Source of the DNA: Patescibacteria group bacterium
Lineage (GTDB): Bacteria; Patescibacteriota; Minisyncoccia; Phycocordibacterales; Phycocordibacteraceae
Direction: 5' to 3'
DNA: 64,000 nt
NCBI GenBank assembly: GCA_018970425.1
Contig: JAGWWK010000001.1
Span: 49,004-113,003, forward strand
Positions 39,147 to 48,309 of the stretch are shown one piece after another. The position numbers were made by a program, and so were the translations under genes. A model generated the notes under the pieces. That model was not told the origin of the DNA and did no database searches. It saw nothing but the letters and a program-made list of their open reading frames with translations. Each line of letters begins with the position of its first letter. Position 1 is the stretch's first letter.

Positions 39147-39172
39147 AAAACCCCGCGCTATGCGGGGTTTTT
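39147..39172 (+). terminator. Rho-independent terminator (CCCCGC-gctat-GCGGGG + TTTTT)
   Basis: GC stem-loop followed by a T-run, 20 nt after the stop of the 38922 gene. Confidence 0.6.
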
Positions 39173-39502
39173 GCTGTCACGTCATATGTTACAGAAAGAT
39201 CGACTCAGCGAGAAGTTTAAAAAGGGGAGTCAGACCAGTGCCGAGATCCGCTAGCGATGAATCCTCAGTGCGCCTCAAGGCGCGCACAGCCATACTTGCA
39301 ACAGATGCATGAATCCCGGTTTCATGTTCCTCGAGACTCTCAGCTACAGAATGCACTGGTGATTCTTTAGACATATAGGGCGCTCAACTGGCGGACACGC
39401 TACTACTAGTAGTACCTTGAGACTCTAAGTACAGTTACTTCGCAAAAGATATATTGTGCGAAGTATGCGTATACTACCCCCCCCTCGATCTGCACGACAA
39501 AG

Positions 39503-39523
39503 AAAAACCCCGCCGAAGCGGGG
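39503..39523 (-). terminator. Rho-independent terminator for the minus-strand gene 39536..39868
   Basis: On the minus strand CCCCGC-ttcg-GCGGGG is followed by TTTTT. Confidence 0.55.
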
Positions 39524-39535
39524 TTTCCTTGCTTA

Positions 39536-39868
39536 TCACCACTCGCCGTAGTAATAGTCGCGAACTGGGCGTGGACGAGCAAATAACGCAAGTAACACTG
39601 TGAGTACTGCTACGAGTTCGTATGCTATTACTACGCCGTTAGCATCATCGTATGTGTGCTGCAGTGCCTCAAGTGCTGTATGAGAAAGGTTAGGATCTGC
39701 CTGCCCTGCTACTAATGCGATTTTAGCGCCTTCTGCAACCTCTTGCGCATCAGTAAATTTGGGCCAAACGAATACGTACACAACACCACCAAGTACCCCC
39801 ATAAGCCCGAGCTTACCGAATTGCTCGGTTCGATTGTCACGTGCTTCGAAAACTTTATTGTCTGCCAT
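39536..39868 (-). CDS. Small hypothetical membrane protein (110 aa)
   Basis: ORF with one or two hydrophobic helices, flanked by an AT-rich upstream region and a terminator. Confidence 0.4.
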   Translation of the reverse strand: MADNKVFEARDNRTEQFGKLGLMGVLGGVVYVFVWPKFTDAQEVAEGAKIALVAGQADPNLSHTALEALQHTYDDANGVVIAYELVAVLTVLLALFARPRPVRDYYYGEW

Positions 39869-40159
39869 ATAAACTTTTTTTTATAAGACAACCGGCTAAA
39901 GTGCGGCTGTATATATAAATACTATCATATAAATACTCTTTGTCAAGACACTTGGTTACATACGTAAAAAACCCCGCCATATGTTACTCGGTAAGCAATG
40001 AGATCAGAACTGCCGCTCCGAGGCACCCCACACCCAAGGTTAGTAGATCGCCTACTACGGAAAGCCTACGCCCAGATAGCCCTCCGGGGCTTATATCACC
40101 ACGACCACTTAATATTTCCGGCACTTCATTATTTGACGACATAGTACGCTGGAACTCTG

Positions 40160-40528
40160 CTACGCGCCCAAGTCTCGGGCTTCTCTAGCACGTTGCCGAG
40201 ATGTGTTTGCTCGCTGACGATTCACGCTCGCTTCGCCTGAGTGAATTCGCGCCGCAGAGCTCGTCATTTGAGCGAGTACTAAAGCCGCAACCCCTCCCAC
40301 AAAGAATGCCCCGTCAAGGGTAAGAAAATTGTGAAGGTCTTCCAAATTTAAGGTGCCATCTCTTAAGCTCAGTTCGGCAACATTGTAGAGGCCGTACACT
40401 GCTGCGATCAAGCCAGCATAGCCGAAAACTCCAGCCATTGATCTCGCAGATGAAGCATTACCTTCATGTGCTGATGCCTCGGCTCTATACGAACGTGCAT
40501 CCTCCCGATACGACCCGCTCAAGCTCAT
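40160..40528 (-). CDS. Small hypothetical membrane protein (122 aa), possible paralog of the 39536 gene
   Basis: Similar layout; G-x-FG-x-xGL...VYG segment resembles its neighbour. Confidence 0.4.
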   Translation of the reverse strand: MSLSGSYREDARSYRAEASAHEGNASSARSMAGVFGYAGLIAAVYGLYNVAELSLRDGTLNLEDLHNFLTLDGAFFVGGVAALVLAQMTSSAARIHSGEASVNRQRANTSRQRAREARDLGA

Positions 40529-40618
40529 ATTTTTAGGAATTACTTTTAACTAATACTTACACTCTACGCTAAAAAAGAAAGCTTGTCAATATCTGCACGA
40601 GTTGCGAATCTCTTTGGA

Positions 40619-41074
40619 TTACTTGGCGGTCGCGTACTTACCCCAGCACGGGCGACTTGAGTTCCAGGGCTTGGTTCCCTCCCTCTCGTGCAGGTAGCGC
40701 GCGTACTCGAGGTTACCGTCAAGCGAGTACAAGTCGATACCGAGCTCGTCGGCAGCTTCCTCGTGGTAGTACGTATTAATCTGCATCACGCCGATGTCGC
40801 TCTTATTCACCTTTCCGCGAATAATGTCGCCATTAGGTGCAAGGTGGCGAAACCTTGACTCACACTTGGCAATCTCGGCCATGATGGGCTGGTCCGCGAA
40901 GTACTCGCGCACGTACGCACCCATAGTCTCCGGATTGCGAGAGAGTTCAAACTCGCTCGTAGAAGTAAGCGCGACCGGGGCGGTCATGGCAGCGCTCGCT
41001 AGTAGAATGATGACTGGTAGCATAGGCAATAAAAAAAGCCGCCACAAACGGCGACTTGATGTAGATGTTAGCAC
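40619..41074 (-). CDS. Secreted lysozyme-like / lytic transglycosylase-like protein
   Basis: Signal peptide, then IAKCESRF...IGVMQIN (E-S...GxMQ catalytic region of the GH23/Rpf-like fold). Confidence 0.5.
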   Translation of the reverse strand: MLTSTSSRRLWRLFLLPMLPVIILLASAAMTAPVALTSTSEFELSRNPETMGAYVREYFADQPIMAEIAKCESRFRHLAPNGDIIRGKVNKSDIGVMQINTYYHEEAADELGIDLYSLDGNLEYARYLHEREGTKPWNSSRPCWGKYATAK

Positions 41075-41142
41075 TTGACGGACCCCCTGTCAAGCCCGCA
41101 CAATGCTTTTATACCCTTTGTACGGCTCTACAGAGCCATAAA

Positions 41143-41865
41143 TTAGCATTTTACGCGTTTCAGTATTTCCTCGTATGCTTCGTCCACCGAGTCGACGATG
41201 ACCACCAGGTCTAGATCGCTCTCATCTATCGCCCGCTGGACTTTATAGAGCATATCTTCAACCAGAGAAAGAAGCGGGGCCCAGAAATCGCGCCCGTAGA
41301 GCACTATGGGGATACGCTTTATCTTCTTGGTTTGCACCAGCGTAATGATTTCAAAGAACTCATCCAAGGTACCGAACCCTCCTGGAAAGAAGATATACAC
41401 CTCCGAAGCGAAGGTCAGCATGACCCGTCGAGTGAAGAAGTAGTTGAACATCATTTCTTCCGTGAGGTAGGGGTTACTCAACTGCTCGAACGGTAGCTTG
41501 ATGTTAAGTCCTACCGACTCCCCTCCCGCGGTAAACGCCCCCTTAGATGCCGCCCCCATAATGCCGTGTGCCCCGCCCGTAATGATGGCAAAGTTAGAAA
41601 TGGCGAGGCGCCGAGCCAGCTCTTCGGCATCTTCGTACATGCGAGGATCTCTCAGGGTTGACCGTGCCGAGCCGAAGAACGATGCTGCGAGCTTATACTT
41701 TTTGAGGATCTCAAAGCCGCGGACTAGCTCGTCCATAATCTTTAAAATGCGCCAGCTCTCCATAGGGCGCGTATGATCAACCTTTAGAGGGTCGCACACC
41801 TTAAGCTCGCCCTCCATACGGTGGACGCGAGGGGTGAGTATGCTCCTATTGGGATCTGCTACCAC
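41143..41865 (-). CDS. LOG-family Rossmann-fold nucleotide-binding protein (TIGR00730-like)
   Basis: GGAHGIMGA and FPGGFGTLDEFFE motifs. Confidence 0.85.
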   Translation of the reverse strand: MVADPNRSILTPRVHRMEGELKVCDPLKVDHTRPMESWRILKIMDELVRGFEILKKYKLAASFFGSARSTLRDPRMYEDAEELARRLAISNFAIITGGAHGIMGAASKGAFTAGGESVGLNIKLPFEQLSNPYLTEEMMFNYFFTRRVMLTFASEVYIFFPGGFGTLDEFFEIITLVQTKKIKRIPIVLYGRDFWAPLLSLVEDMLYKVQRAIDESDLDLVVIVDSVDEAYEEILKRVKC

Positions 41866-41879
41866 AGGTCAATTGTACC

Positions 41880-42488
41880 CTACTGAATCTTGTGCACAGT
41901 CCACGGAACGGGAAAAACTGTGAAGTCGTCAAGCAGTCCCCGTCCGTAGAGTAGTCGATGTGCCACCTCAGCATGACAGAGTGCGCCGGTGAGCGCGTTG
42001 TGCGGCGCGGGCTCCTCGGGGATGCCGCAGTAGCGCAGTGCGCCGTCCATGTTGAGCGCAGAGCGCCTGCGGGCCGTGTCAAATGGCGGTGGTATCCCCC
42101 GCTCCGTCATATGCATAAACGCGAGCGAGTGAATGTCTATCGAACGGTGCGGTAGGGGGAAGTCGAGGTGGCCCCGTCGGCACGCCGCCTCAATGAAGCG
42201 CACATCAAACGAAGGGTTTTGCCCAACCGTTGTGAGGTCTCGTTGGTCATGCGTCCATGCAAGAAACGCGCGGACGAGCTCGGCTTCGCTTTGACGAGAC
42301 TCGTCGAGTACAGACTCTCGACTAAAACCGTTAACTTCAAGCGCGCGGTCCTCAATATGAGCCCCGGGAAACGCCCGGCACTCGCCATAAAACTGCTCGG
42401 TTGGTGAAAACAGCGACACAGCTCCGATTGAGAGTATGGAGTGCTTCTCAAAGTCAGTTCCCGTCGTTTCTACGTCAAGGGCGATCAT
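41880..42488 (-). CDS. DnaQ-like 3'-5' exonuclease (DEDD family)
   Basis: MIALDVETTG...ILSIGAV Exo I motif. Start taken at the ATG at 42488; the ORF-track ORF extends to 42575. Confidence 0.7.
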   Translation of the reverse strand: MIALDVETTGTDFEKHSILSIGAVSLFSPTEQFYGECRAFPGAHIEDRALEVNGFSRESVLDESRQSEAELVRAFLAWTHDQRDLTTVGQNPSFDVRFIEAACRRGHLDFPLPHRSIDIHSLAFMHMTERGIPPPFDTARRRSALNMDGALRYCGIPEEPAPHNALTGALCHAEVAHRLLYGRGLLDDFTVFPVPWTVHKIQ

Positions 42489-42656
42489 AGCGTGTAAATG
42501 AAAAGCCGGTCCCGCAGGCATCTGTAGCCGATAGCTGGCCCATAAAGTAGGCCGCAAAAAGGGCTGCCGAGACAAGCACTACCGTTCCGATATCGACAGA
42601 GTGCATCACGAAGAATGCCTTGATTTTGTCCCCCATACAGGGTAGTATAGCAAGGT

Positions 42657-42929
42657 ATGGCAACAAAAAAGGCCGCCGGCTCCGCGAAAAATATTTCGTA
42701 TAACAACCCGCAATACCTGGGTATCAAGCTCTATGCGGGCGAGGAGGCAAAAATCGGCAATATCATCGTCCGCCAGCGCGGTACGCGTTACATGGCAGGT
42801 AAAAACACTGCTGTCGCTAAGGACCACACAATTTTCGCGATGAAAGACGGTACGGTAGCCTACCGATCGGTCCGCAAGACCAAGTTCGACGGCTCAACTG
42901 TTCGGCGCCAGAAGGTAGACGTTCTTTAA
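42657..42929 (+). CDS. rpmA: Ribosomal protein L27
   Basis: IIVRQRGTRYMAGKNTAVAKDHTIFA. Confidence 0.95.
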   Translation: MATKKAAGSAKNISYNNPQYLGIKLYAGEEAKIGNIIVRQRGTRYMAGKNTAVAKDHTIFAMKDGTVAYRSVRKTKFDGSTVRRQKVDVL

Positions 42930-43363
42930 CCGATTTCTAGCACAAGACGCGCGCGCTTATCGCCCGCTACCACCGGCACTTCATGGGTGCCGGTGTGTTT
43001 TATTGGGCTCGGTAGTACAAGCGCTGTTTCCGCTAATTCGACGCCTAATTCTGTCTTGATCGCTGCCACTATGTCGCGCGCGGTCAGCGCCTTAAAGAGA
43101 GTCCCTGTCGGCCCAGACTTTACCGGAATTGTGATCGTTCTCTGATCTAGTGCAGCGAGGAGAGCTTCCGCCTCCGCGCGAGACGCGTCTGAGCGACGCT
43201 CGGTCGCCGCACGGCTGCGCTCGTGTTTCTTAAGATTTTCTGGCGTCGCGAGGATTGCTTTCTTTTGCGGGATGAGGACATTGAGGGCGTACCCATCCGC
43301 AACGGTAAGCACGCTCCCCCGCTGCCCCACTTTTTTAACGTCTGCTATAAGTATGACCTTCAT
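42926..43363 (-). CDS. rplI: Ribosomal protein L9
   Basis: MKVILIADVKKVGQRGSVLTVADGYALN. Confidence 0.9.
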   Translation of the reverse strand: MKVILIADVKKVGQRGSVLTVADGYALNVLIPQKKAILATPENLKKHERSRAATERRSDASRAEAEALLAALDQRTITIPVKSGPTGTLFKALTARDIVAAIKTELGVELAETALVLPSPIKHTGTHEVPVVAGDKRARLVLEIG

Positions 43364-44622
43364 TACGAACCAGTATTGAGGAACGTCAGTGCGCGGTCAA
43401 GCGTGGGGTCTTGCCCTTCTTTCAGATCTTCTGGAACTTTGACCTCGATGTCCGGCGTAAGACCCTGGTGCGAGATCGATACTCCTTTCGGCGTGAGCCA
43501 GCGGGCGATGGTGATCTTGACCTGCGTTTTGTCAGTCACATCGAATACTTGCTGTACAGACCCTTTGCCGAAAGACTGCTGGCCTATGATAGTTGCTCTG
43601 CCGTGGTCACGGAGCGCTCCCGCAAATATTTCAGATGCAGAAGCCGAGCCGCCATTCAGGAGTACTACTATGCGAGCGCCCGGGAACCCATCACCGGTCC
43701 CCGATGATCGGAACACCAAATCTTCAGACTGCCGTTTGGACGCCTGCGTTACCACTACGAGTCCAGACTTCAGAAAGTGACTTGCCATGTCAGTTGCGGC
43801 CTCCATATATCCGCCGGGGTTGTTGCGGAGGTCCACGACTAGCTTACTCGTTTGAGACCGGCGGAATGCCTGGAGCGCTTCCGCAAACTTGTCTGGTGCC
43901 TGCTTGTTAAACATATAGACGTGTATGACAAATGCGCCATCTTTAATAGTGTAGTCGACTGTCGGGAGCTCAATGGTGTCGCGCTGAATGGTGAGGTCAA
44001 ATGGCTGTGCTCCATCCTCATCTGGGCGCGCAAGCGTCAGTGTAATGCTGGTGCCCTTTGGGCCGCGGATCTTTTTAACCGCGGCCTCGACTGTCATAGC
44101 GTTCGTCGACTCTCCGTCAATTTTTACAATGATGTCACCCGCTCGCACACCGGCACGGTACGCAGGTGTATCCTTAATCGGCGCAATCACTTTCAGAATA
44201 CCGTCGCGCCGCCCGACCTCCATACCGACTCCTGTAAAGTCTCCAGCTACTTGCGTGTTGAAGATTTCTGCCTCTGCCGGTGGCATGAAGAGCGTGTAGT
44301 CATCTCCGTATGAAGCGGCAAGTCCAACCGCAGCGCCCCACACGCGCTCTTCCGAAGTCGTGGTTGCTTCTTTTTCTGGCACAAAGTGTTCTTCAAGCAG
44401 AGTCCATGTTTTAAAGAGCGGCGCGAGGTCAGCGTCTAGAGGTGCTCGCGGATCATATACCGGTGCTGAAGCGGCGAAAATGGGATGCCTATCGAACGCC
44501 CCTCCGGCAAAAAACGCCACTCCCGCAAGTACAAGAGCTGCAGCAAAAAGCTGTGGGACCGTGAGTGTAACGGCAGAGTGCGACCAGTGTCGCGTGAGTT
44601 TTAACATAAGTTGTTCGCGCAT
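43363..44622 (-). CDS. ctpA: Carboxy-terminal processing protease (S41)
   Basis: PDZ domain and DLRNNPGGY motif. Confidence 0.9.
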   Translation of the reverse strand: MREQLMLKLTRHWSHSAVTLTVPQLFAAALVLAGVAFFAGGAFDRHPIFAASAPVYDPRAPLDADLAPLFKTWTLLEEHFVPEKEATTTSEERVWGAAVGLAASYGDDYTLFMPPAEAEIFNTQVAGDFTGVGMEVGRRDGILKVIAPIKDTPAYRAGVRAGDIIVKIDGESTNAMTVEAAVKKIRGPKGTSITLTLARPDEDGAQPFDLTIQRDTIELPTVDYTIKDGAFVIHVYMFNKQAPDKFAEALQAFRRSQTSKLVVDLRNNPGGYMEAATDMASHFLKSGLVVVTQASKRQSEDLVFRSSGTGDGFPGARIVVLLNGGSASASEIFAGALRDHGRATIIGQQSFGKGSVQQVFDVTDKTQVKITIARWLTPKGVSISHQGLTPDIEVKVPEDLKEGQDPTLDRALTFLNTGS

Positions 44623-44639
44623 AGAGGTATAATAGCACT

Positions 44640-45554
44640 ATGCTTACTCGGTATGAACACAAAGGAACGGTCTGGATTGACTGCGAGCGTCCTACCGTTG
44701 AGGAGATCGAATCCCTTGTAGAAGAGTTTCAGCTAGGGGCATTTGTTGAACGCGAATTGCTCTCACCTTCTCCAAAGCCGCGTATCGACCTCTTCCCAAA
44801 CTTTATTTACACAGTACTCCACTTCCCAGCATCACGGGACACGCGCGGCACACTCCAGAGTCGCGAAGTAGATCTCATAATCCTGAAGAGCGCCGTCATT
44901 ACCGTGCACTACGAGTCCGTACCCGCCATCCACGACTTTGCACGATCATTCGAGTCCTCACTACTCATGAAGCGTGCCGTGAAAGAGCTCCATTCCGGCC
45001 ACATTGTGTTTGAGCTTTCGAGTCGCCTGTACCGCGCGGTTGAGGACGAGCTTGATGCGAGTGAAGATGCAGTCAATAAAATTGAGTCGGACATTTTTAG
45101 TCGCCGTGAGCGCGAGCTCGTCCGCCCAATATCTGAGCTCACGCGCGAGGTTTTGAACCACAAGCGGACTATCGCCGGACAAGACGACGTCCTGCGCGAG
45201 CTTGAAATCGCCGCTACAGCGCTGTTTGGCTCCGAGTACAAAGCATTTGTTGCGTCCATGTCAGCGCTTCAGTTCCGTGTGTCGACGCGAGCACAGCTCC
45301 TCCTTGATGTCTTGCGTGCACTCGCAGACACAAACAACGCACTACTCTCCACGCGCCAAAATGAAATCATGAAGAATCTCACCGTCATGGCGTCCATCAT
45401 GCTGCCGCTCTCCCTCGTATCGTCACTGTTCGGCATGAACACGGTCGATAACCCGATTGTCGGCTCGCCAAACGATTTTTGGATCATTCTTCTGATTCTT
45501 GCCGCGGTTGGCGTCGTGTGCGCGTGCTACTTCTGGATCAAGCGCTGGTTCTGA
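44640..45554 (+). CDS. corA: CorA-family Mg2+/Co2+ transporter
   Basis: C-terminal TM hairpin with a GMN motif (SLFGMNTVD). Confidence 0.85.
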   Translation: MLTRYEHKGTVWIDCERPTVEEIESLVEEFQLGAFVERELLSPSPKPRIDLFPNFIYTVLHFPASRDTRGTLQSREVDLIILKSAVITVHYESVPAIHDFARSFESSLLMKRAVKELHSGHIVFELSSRLYRAVEDELDASEDAVNKIESDIFSRRERELVRPISELTREVLNHKRTIAGQDDVLRELEIAATALFGSEYKAFVASMSALQFRVSTRAQLLLDVLRALADTNNALLSTRQNEIMKNLTVMASIMLPLSLVSSLFGMNTVDNPIVGSPNDFWIILLILAAVGVVCACYFWIKRWF

Positions 45555-45632
45555 CCAGCTCGTGTATAACCTGTAGAAAACGGAAGAAACGCCTTATGCA
45601 TGGCTCGTTTTTTCGAGTGCGCGCTGAGGCGG

Positions 45633-45638
45633 TACAAT
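45633..45638 (+). promoter_or_regulatory. -10 box TACAAT 6 nt upstream of the dnaB ATG
   Basis: TACAAT-aggtac-ATG. Confidence 0.4.
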
Positions 45639-45644
45639 AGGTAC

Positions 45645-47027
45645 ATGTCCGCAAGCGGCCGAGTGCCACCTCAGTCCTTAGATGCAGAGCGCGCGCTCCT
45701 TGGCGCGATTATGCTGAAGCCCGAGGGTATCCACGAGGTCACGGACCTCATATCCTCGGACTCGTTCTATGCTGAAAAACACCGCGCCATCTACCGCGCG
45801 ATGGTCGCGCTTGTTGCCGCAGGCTCGCCCATTGACCTCCTGTCAATCTCTAACTACCTCACCGAGCAGGGCGAGCTCGAGCGTGCAGGCGGTAACGCCT
45901 ACCTCGCAGACCTCGTAAATGCCGTCCCTACTACTGCAAATCTCAAGCACTACGCGCAAATCGTCCAAAAGAAGTCGGTGATGCGCGGTCTTATCGAGGC
46001 GGCCTCGGACATTGCCTCAATGGGTTATGACGAAAGCCAAGATGTTGAAACGGTAGTTGACCAAGCTGAAAAGCGTCTGGGTGAGGCAACCTCAAACCCG
46101 ACAATGCGCAAGTTTGTCGCGATTGGTGAAGAGCTCAAGGGTGCGTGGGAGCGCTTTGACCTGCTCTCAAAGGGCGACCAGGGGACGCGCGGGATACCAA
46201 CCGGCTTTGCGGGACTCGACAGCATGCTCGCGGGCTTTCAGCGCTCGGACCTTATCATTCTTGCCGCCCGCCCATCGATGGGTAAGACATCGCTCGCGCT
46301 CGACATCGCGCGCCAGTCCGCGGTCAAGTTTGGCACGCCGGTCGGCATTTTCTCTCTTGAAATGTCAGCACAGCAGCTTGTGGACCGCATGCTCGCCGCC
46401 GAGGCGCGCGTGAACGCATGGAAGTTGCGCACTGGAAAAATTGATACTGACGAAGAGTTTGAACAGATCAGAGACGCTATGGAGCGGCTATCAAAGGCAC
46501 CGATCTACATTGACGACCAGCCGGCTAACAACGCGCTCATCATGCGCTCTGTTGCCCGCCGACTAAAACGCGAGAATGGCATCGGGCTCATTATCGTGGA
46601 CTACCTCCAGCTTATGGCTCCTACCACCGCGCGCTCGTCTGACTCGCTTGTGCAGCAGGTTACTGAAATATCCCGCTCGCTAAAACAGCTCGCGCGAGAA
46701 ATAGATGTCCCCGTACTTGCGCTCTCACAGCTCTCTCGCGCGGTCGAGCAGCGCCGCGGCCGACCGCGCCTTTCAGACCTCCGCGACTCAGGATCAATTG
46801 AGCAAGACGCTGATGTTGTTATGTTCATTCACCGTGAGGACAGAATGAGCGAGTCAGCAGAGCGGAACAACATTGCGGAAATCTTGATTGAAAAGCACCG
46901 TAACGGCCCGGTGGGCAAGGTCGATCTCTACTTTGATGAAAAGCGTACCACCTTCCTGCCGATCGAGAGCTCCGACTTCGGCGCGGGCATTTCAGCGGCT
47001 GCGCCGGCGGTGCAGGACGATTTTTAA
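45645..47027 (+). CDS. dnaB: Replicative DNA helicase DnaB
   Basis: N-terminal SLDAERALLGAIM, Walker A ARPSMGKTS, RecA-like core. Confidence 0.9.
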   Translation: MSASGRVPPQSLDAERALLGAIMLKPEGIHEVTDLISSDSFYAEKHRAIYRAMVALVAAGSPIDLLSISNYLTEQGELERAGGNAYLADLVNAVPTTANLKHYAQIVQKKSVMRGLIEAASDIASMGYDESQDVETVVDQAEKRLGEATSNPTMRKFVAIGEELKGAWERFDLLSKGDQGTRGIPTGFAGLDSMLAGFQRSDLIILAARPSMGKTSLALDIARQSAVKFGTPVGIFSLEMSAQQLVDRMLAAEARVNAWKLRTGKIDTDEEFEQIRDAMERLSKAPIYIDDQPANNALIMRSVARRLKRENGIGLIIVDYLQLMAPTTARSSDSLVQQVTEISRSLKQLAREIDVPVLALSQLSRAVEQRRGRPRLSDLRDSGSIEQDADVVMFIHREDRMSESAERNNIAEILIEKHRNGPVGKVDLYFDEKRTTFLPIESSDFGAGISAAAPAVQDDF

Positions 47028-47032
47028 ACGGC

Positions 47033-47623
47033 ATGTCTCTTTCTGAGCTCACTGATGTACTCACCTCCCTGCCCGGTCTTGGCCCTCGCCAAGCACGCCG
47101 CGTAGTTGAGTACCTGTTACGGAAAGACTCTGCGTACCGTGAACGCCTCGCGGCGCTGATTGCGGGCGCACGGCTCGAGGTTTCCGAGTGTACGCGTTGC
47201 TTCAGGTTTGATGCACCCAGCGCATCGGGCCTCTGCCGCACATGCGCGGACGGCTCGCGAGACGCGTCGCTCCTTATGGTGGTTGAGCACGATGTCGACA
47301 TAGACGCCATCGAGGCAGCTCTCACCTATCGCGGCTACTACTTTGTGCTCGGAGGACTCCTTAACCTAGTCAAACAGCGCAAAGATAAAATACTCCGCAC
47401 CCGAGAGCTATTAGAGCGCATTACACCAGAGGTGCGTGAGGTGATATGTGCGCTCGCCGCTACACCAGAGGGTGACTACACAGCCAAGGAGCTCATGACC
47501 CAGATTCGCGCCGCGCGCCCCGGGGTCGCGGTGTCAGTCCTTGGACGCGGCCTCTCCGTAGGAGCGGAGCTTGAATATGCCGACCCGGAAACACTCCGGA
47601 GCGCACTCAAAAACCGCGGTTAG
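47033..47623 (+). CDS. recR: Recombination protein RecR
   Basis: HhH domain, C4 zinc finger CTRC...CRTC, Toprim domain. Confidence 0.9.
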   Translation: MSLSELTDVLTSLPGLGPRQARRVVEYLLRKDSAYRERLAALIAGARLEVSECTRCFRFDAPSASGLCRTCADGSRDASLLMVVEHDVDIDAIEAALTYRGYYFVLGGLLNLVKQRKDKILRTRELLERITPEVREVICALAATPEGDYTAKELMTQIRAARPGVAVSVLGRGLSVGAELEYADPETLRSALKNRG

Positions 47624-47658
47624 GCCGCGAGGTACTTAAGTCCTGTATACTTTCAGGT

Positions 47659-47904
47659 ATGGAGTGTGACGATGCGCCAGATCCAAATTGCATCAAAGAG
47701 TCGTATTCCAAGTATCGGGTACGCCGCGCCCTTGCGTGGGCACTTATTGCGGCAGGCTCGGTGTGGACGGCAGTCTCTCTCACTACGCTCAGCGTTTCAG
47801 CGGTTGTGAGTGCTGGGCTCGGCGTACTTGCGATTATCAGCGGACTGCTGTTCAAATCATACGCGTACTCTCAACTTGATACGCACCTGAAGGACGACGC
47901 ATAA
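47659..47904 (+). CDS. Small hypothetical membrane protein (81 aa)
   Basis: Two hydrophobic helices, followed by a terminator. Confidence 0.4.
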   Translation: MECDDAPDPNCIKESYSKYRVRRALAWALIAAGSVWTAVSLTTLSVSAVVSAGLGVLAIISGLLFKSYAYSQLDTHLKDDA

Positions 47905-47913
47905 AGGTTTACT

Positions 47914-47942
47914 AAAAACTGCCGCGTGAGCGGCAGTTTTTT
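47914..47942. terminator. Bidirectional Rho-independent terminator (ACTGCCGC-gtga-GCGGCAGT, flanked by an A-run and a T-run)
   Basis: Perfect 8-bp stem. TTTTT lies on the plus side and AAAAA on the other, giving TTTTT for minus-strand rplU. Confidence 0.6.
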
Positions 47943-47959
47943 ACTGTTCGTGAGTAGGA

Positions 47960-48268
47960 TTAGATCGAGTCGATCATCACCTTCATGTAGGGTTGGCGAT
48001 GACCCTTTTTCTTGAAGTAGCGGCTCTTCTGCTTGTAGCGGATCACCACTTTCTTGTCGTCCTTACCTGCTTCGAGCACAGTGCCCGTAACCGGTGTTCC
48101 GGTAGTCGGCATACCCACCTGAACGGATGAGCCAGTGTCTTTAAAAAGGACTTGGTCAAAGGTGACTTTCGCACCTACCTCCGCACCAGGGATTTTCTCT
48201 ACCTCTAAAAATCTGCCCTGCTCTACGAGGTACTGTTTCCCCCCGGTTTTGATTACTGCAAATGCCAT
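47960..48268 (-). CDS. rplU: Ribosomal protein L21
   Basis: MAFAVIKTGGKQY... TAGAGT -10 sits 6 nt upstream of the ATG. Confidence 0.95.
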   Translation of the reverse strand: MAFAVIKTGGKQYLVEQGRFLEVEKIPGAEVGAKVTFDQVLFKDTGSSVQVGMPTTGTPVTGTVLEAGKDDKKVVIRYKQKSRYFKKKGHRQPYMKVMIDSI

Positions 48269-48309
48269 GGCCCTACTCTACCGCGTCTTTATCAATTATT
48301 CAAGCCCTT

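Noticed and set aside
39940-40188. 82-aa plus-strand ORF in the spacer between two minus-strand small genes
   Set aside because: Pro/Ser/Arg-rich translation with no start context. The region is better explained as an AT-rich promoter/terminator spacer.
42475-42666. 63-aa hydrophobic ORF upstream of the DnaQ-like gene as a confident CDS
   Set aside because: Overlaps the rpmA promoter and the alternative DnaQ start. No independent support, so it is mentioned only as an ambiguity.
45600-45644. Upstream extension of dnaB
   Set aside because: TACAAT-N6-ATG at 45645 fits the leaderless pattern seen throughout, and the DnaB N-terminal domain begins there.
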